This document shows positions 61,001 to 64,000 of a stretch of DNA of 64,000 nucleotides, piece after piece (positions within the stretch are counted from its first letter, which is position 1; each line of letters begins with the position of its first letter). The position numbers and the translations under genes are program-made. Origin of the DNA: Blepharisma stoltei ATCC 30299. Lineage: Eukaryota > Protista > Ciliophora. Below the pieces are notes generated by a model. It did not search any database. It was not told the origin of the DNA and saw only the letters and a program-made list of their open reading frames with translations. The DNA lies in contig CBFDEM010000001.1 in NCBI GenBank assembly GCA_965603825.1, forward strand, positions 623,919 to 687,918, written 5' to 3'.

Positions 61001-62945
61001 ACCTTTTTTCCTTCTTTTGCCTTTTTTGCCCTTTTTACCTTTTTTTGATTTTTTAAATTTACCATTTTTGCCTTTTTCACCTCTTTCAATTTTGCTTCGC
61101 CTTGTCCGCTAGGTTCCACTTCTCTACAAATTTCTTTACCCTCATCTTGTCTTTCGCTAACTGTTTTCGTGCAAATCTCTGACGATGACAACTCTCGCTC
61201 ATCCAAAACCTCATCTTCAAGTCTTGCAGCTCAGGCCAGCAGTTTTTCCTCCATCTCTCCTTCTGCTTCCCTATGTATGTCCTCAACTTCTTCCCTTTCA
61301 TCTTTATCGTCTATATCAGCTTCATCCATTTCATCCTCAAATTCCCATAGTTCATCTTCCAACTTCTCTAGCTCATCAAACGCCTCATCAATTTCTTTTT
61401 CAGAGTCAGCAGCAATTACTGCAAAATCTCCAGCTATACGCTGAAGTAGCTTTTTCTCAGTTTCGAGTATTCACCATTTTCTCTGCCTCACAAATAAATA
61501 GTACCAAATAGATAATCACTTGGCCATCCAGCGTTATATCAAGGGATGCTCTGGGCTAAAATTTTCATCTTGGCCGACGGCCTAATCATTATAAGTAACC
61601 CCGTTTTGTCCAGTATCTTTAATTTCGGATTGCGAGTTCATGCCCTCACCTGGGAGGAGCAAAGGAGTGAAAGGCCGTGCTTAGGCTGGCAAGCAGTGGC
61701 AGAGCGGAGCAAAGGCGTGAAAAAGCATTATAGCTTACCCGGAGTTATCCTATAATAATCGAAGTTAAAAAGTTAAAACACTCCGCAGTCGGTATCAACT
61801 ACTTTTATTTTAAAGTTGTCCAATGAATGCTTATTTTCCCACAGTTCTAAAGCGTAAAGCTCTCCATAAACAAATTTTAATGTTGAATTTTCAGACAAAC
61901 TCCCTGGATTTGAAGTCCCATCAGCGATTCATATAGCAATATCTGTAGTAGGAGAATTTGGAATTTTTGAAGAATTTCCTGGATATACTAAAGGCTTTAC
62001 TAATGTCAAAATTCCATTAAAAATATTTCCTACTAGAAGATTTTCACTATTTTTGGTATTGATTAGAGTAAAATTGGACAGTGGGTGATGATCCTCTGTA
62101 TTTTTACTTAGAAACTCTCTGAGGGCTAAAGAGTCATATATTGAAATAAAACTAAGAATTTGTTTTAAAAATTTCACAAATGCTAAGCCTTCATAATTAT
62201 AATAGCTATCAGCTAATTCTAGTCCTGATTCGCAGTAACTAACAACCCCATTACCATAAAGTCCCCAAAACCCTTTATTTCCTATAATGGCTCCAGTCCC
62301 AATATAAAGCAAATTGCTCTTTTCTAAACTTTTTAATAATAATTTTGTACTTTCCCCCCTATTTAGAATTACAATATTTCTTATCCCAGAAGCTTGAACT
62401 ATTTTCCCAATAAATAAATCTGCCAAGCTTTGATCATTGCTGTTTGAGAAATAAAATCATTGATAATTCTTATTGGAAAAATAATTTAAAAATCCGTCAT
62501 CTTCGCTATAAGTTTGGTCAGAAACTACAATGAATGTTTCTCAATTTAAATAGGAAACAATTGAAATCAAAGCTCCAATCTGATCCTTCAAAGAATTATG
62601 AATAAAAAATTCCCACTCTGAGTATGTGCTCGAAGTTTCTATAATAGAAGCGATAATAAAATGTTTTTCTTCTGCTAGCTCTTTTATAAGCTCAGATAAA
62701 GAGGCGCTATAAGTAAGGTCGAAAACTATATTTGAAACATCTGTAGCCAGCTTTAGATCTTCGGAGGTTTCTATATAAGTTACATTAAGGTCAAGTTGAC
62801 CTTGAAAATTTTGAAGTAGCAAAGAAGAGATTTTCAAAGCAAGTTCTAAATTTGTGAAAGAACTATAAAGAATATTAGCAGTAAGCTGAGATTTGACAAA
62901 AATAGCCATAAAGAGTATGATTCGTAAAAACTTGGATACTAGCAT
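58021..62945 (-). CDS. Receptor-like protein: signal peptide + two periplasmic-binding-protein/ANF-receptor (Venus flytrap)-like lobes + multi-TM domain (~1150 aa), interrupted by an insertion
   Basis: LISIVSYLNW and LNLAGVFGWKHFIIIYD helices; LSQNKSSFPEFMTV; AFDATILL; KFLGCSGSISIEPEGNQR; then several TM helices. Both halves are open with TGA=Trp and join in frame (DTDCGV|SIYDYG) if 1472 nt are removed. Confidence 0.75.
60306..61791. mobile_element. Outer insertion flanked by a 14-bp target-site-like direct repeat
   Basis: acactccacagtcg (60306-60319) and acactccgcagtcg (61778-61791), one synonymous mismatch; ends in aagttaaaaagttaaa; visibly more GC-rich than the host gene. Confidence 0.82.
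60520..61518 (-). mobile_element. Inner nested insertion flanked by a perfect 17-bp direct repeat; decayed coding relic, possibly a 5'-truncated non-LTR retroelement
   Basis: taccaaatagataatca at 60520-60536 and 61502-61518; purine-rich, broken minus-strand ORFs (60615-61480); GC hairpins near the minus-strand 3' end. Confidence 0.68.
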
Positions 62946-63504
62946 TATACACGCTACTTAAAAATATTCAATTCCATTTTTAGTTGATTTTCGATAAATT
63001 TTTAATTATGAGTTTGATTTTTCCAAAAAAAGGTTTGAAATTAAATAAGTATCTTCAAAATAATTTTATTAAATTTTTTAACTTCTTTCCTAAGCATTAT
63101 TTATAACTCAATAAGTGTTTAAATAATATTTCCTTAAAATTCTTTTGATGAATTATTCTTTATTTTTAAATTGGCATATTGGATGTTAATGTTACTTTTA
63201 CTAAACTTTAATCATCCTCTTAATTTTAAACTAAATTTTATATTGAGATAGAGGGGCTTTGATTGCTAAACGAGAATTTCTTTATTTTTTTTTAAATTAA
63301 AAAGGGCTCGATTGCAGCATTTGGTTAATAGTTTATTTTTAAGTAAAATGCTAGAAGTAACCAAAATTGAAATTTTCTTAATTTATAAATTTATAATCCT
63401 TTAAGTGCAAATTTATTTATAATTAAAATTTGAATTTTATTAATTAAACAGCTACTGTGAATATTTAAAAATATTAACTGTTGGGCTTATCAAAATTTAC
63501 ACTA

Positions 63505-64000
63505 TGTGTTAGGGTGTTAGGGTGTTAGGGTGTTAGGGTGTTAGGGTGTGTTAGGGTGTTAGGGTGTTAGGGTGTTAGGGTGTTAGGGTGTTAGGGTGTT
63601 AGGGTGATTAGGGTGTTAGGGTGTTAGGGTGTTAGGGTGTTAGGGTGTTAGGGTGTTAGGGTGTTAGGGTGTTAGGGTGTTAGGGGTGTTAGGGTGTTAG
63701 GGTGTTAGGGTGTTAGGGTGTTAGGGTGTTAGGGTGTTAGGGTGTTAGGGTGTTAGGGTGTTAGGGTGTTGAGGGTGTTTAGGGGTGTTAGGGTGTTAGG
63801 GTGTTAGGGTGTTAGGGTGTTAGGGTGTTAGGGTGTTAGGGTGTTAGGGTGTAGGTGTTAGGTGTTAGGGTGTTAGGGTGTTAGGGTGTTAGGGTGTTAG
63901 AGGTGTTAGGGTGTTAGGGGTGTTAGGGTGTTAGGTGTCAAGGTGTTAGGGTGGTTAGGGTGTTAGGGTGTTAGGGTGTTAGGGTGTTAGGGTGTTAGGT
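63505..64000 (+). repeat. Telomere, (TGTTAGGG)n = (CCCTAACA)n, ~60 units
   Basis: 8-bp repeat runs to the window end with the G-rich strand pointing 3' outward; CCCTAACA is the Blepharisma macronuclear telomere unit. Confidence 0.96.

Noticed and set aside
60940-61210. Hammerhead ribozyme cores (ctgacga at ~60942 and ~61179)
   Set aside because: No correctly placed stem II plus GAAA follows either motif.
60958-61527. 189-aa acidic-then-basic ORF (MAKWLSIWYY...) as a real gene
   Set aside because: Its ATG lies outside the inner 17-bp duplication, so the ORF straddles an insertion boundary; more likely a chance read-through of a purine-rich decayed element.
103-62945. Mass pseudogenisation or selenocysteine suggested by the many in-frame TGAs
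   Set aside because: TGAs sit at conserved Trp positions, and frames are preserved across them in nearly every gene.
63540-64000. Variant telomere units (e.g. tgattaggg, tgttgaggg, tgtcaagg)
   Set aside because: Sporadic single indels increasing toward the contig end are most simply low-coverage consensus errors.

Overview
This is eukaryotic DNA, not prokaryotic: the last 64 kb of a gene-dense somatic (macronuclear) chromosome of a heterotrich ciliate, most consistent with Blepharisma. Three independent signals support this. (1) TGA is read as Trp: in-frame TGAs fall on conserved Trp positions, and the fragmented ORF track fuses into long genes ending in TAA/TAG. (2) There are six 15-nt GTAA...YAG introns with an invariant A at position 10. 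(3) A terminal (TGTTAGGG)n = (CCCTAACA)n telomere starts at ~63505. Housekeeping genes include an ANTH clathrin adaptor, Myb, RING E3, ZnF-UBP USP, cofilin, a small GTPase, kinesin, two alpha-carbonic anhydrases, PEX5, an RCC1-repeat protein and a Sen1-like helicase. A ~25-kb 'sensor island' (14.6-39.0 kb) holds four intact membrane hybrid histidine kinases, two kinase pseudogenes/fragments, three Zn-finger/pentapeptide/WD40 (NLR-sensor-like, NACHT-less) genes and further relics, shaped by tandem and inverted duplication with reciprocal gene loss. The last gene before the telomere is a double Venus-flytrap multi-TM receptor, interrupted by a 1472-nt nested insertion: an outer element with a 14-bp direct repeat and an inner one with a 17-bp direct repeat. 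Precise removal of the insertion restores the reading frame. All protein calls are by-eye motif recognition; no searches were run.
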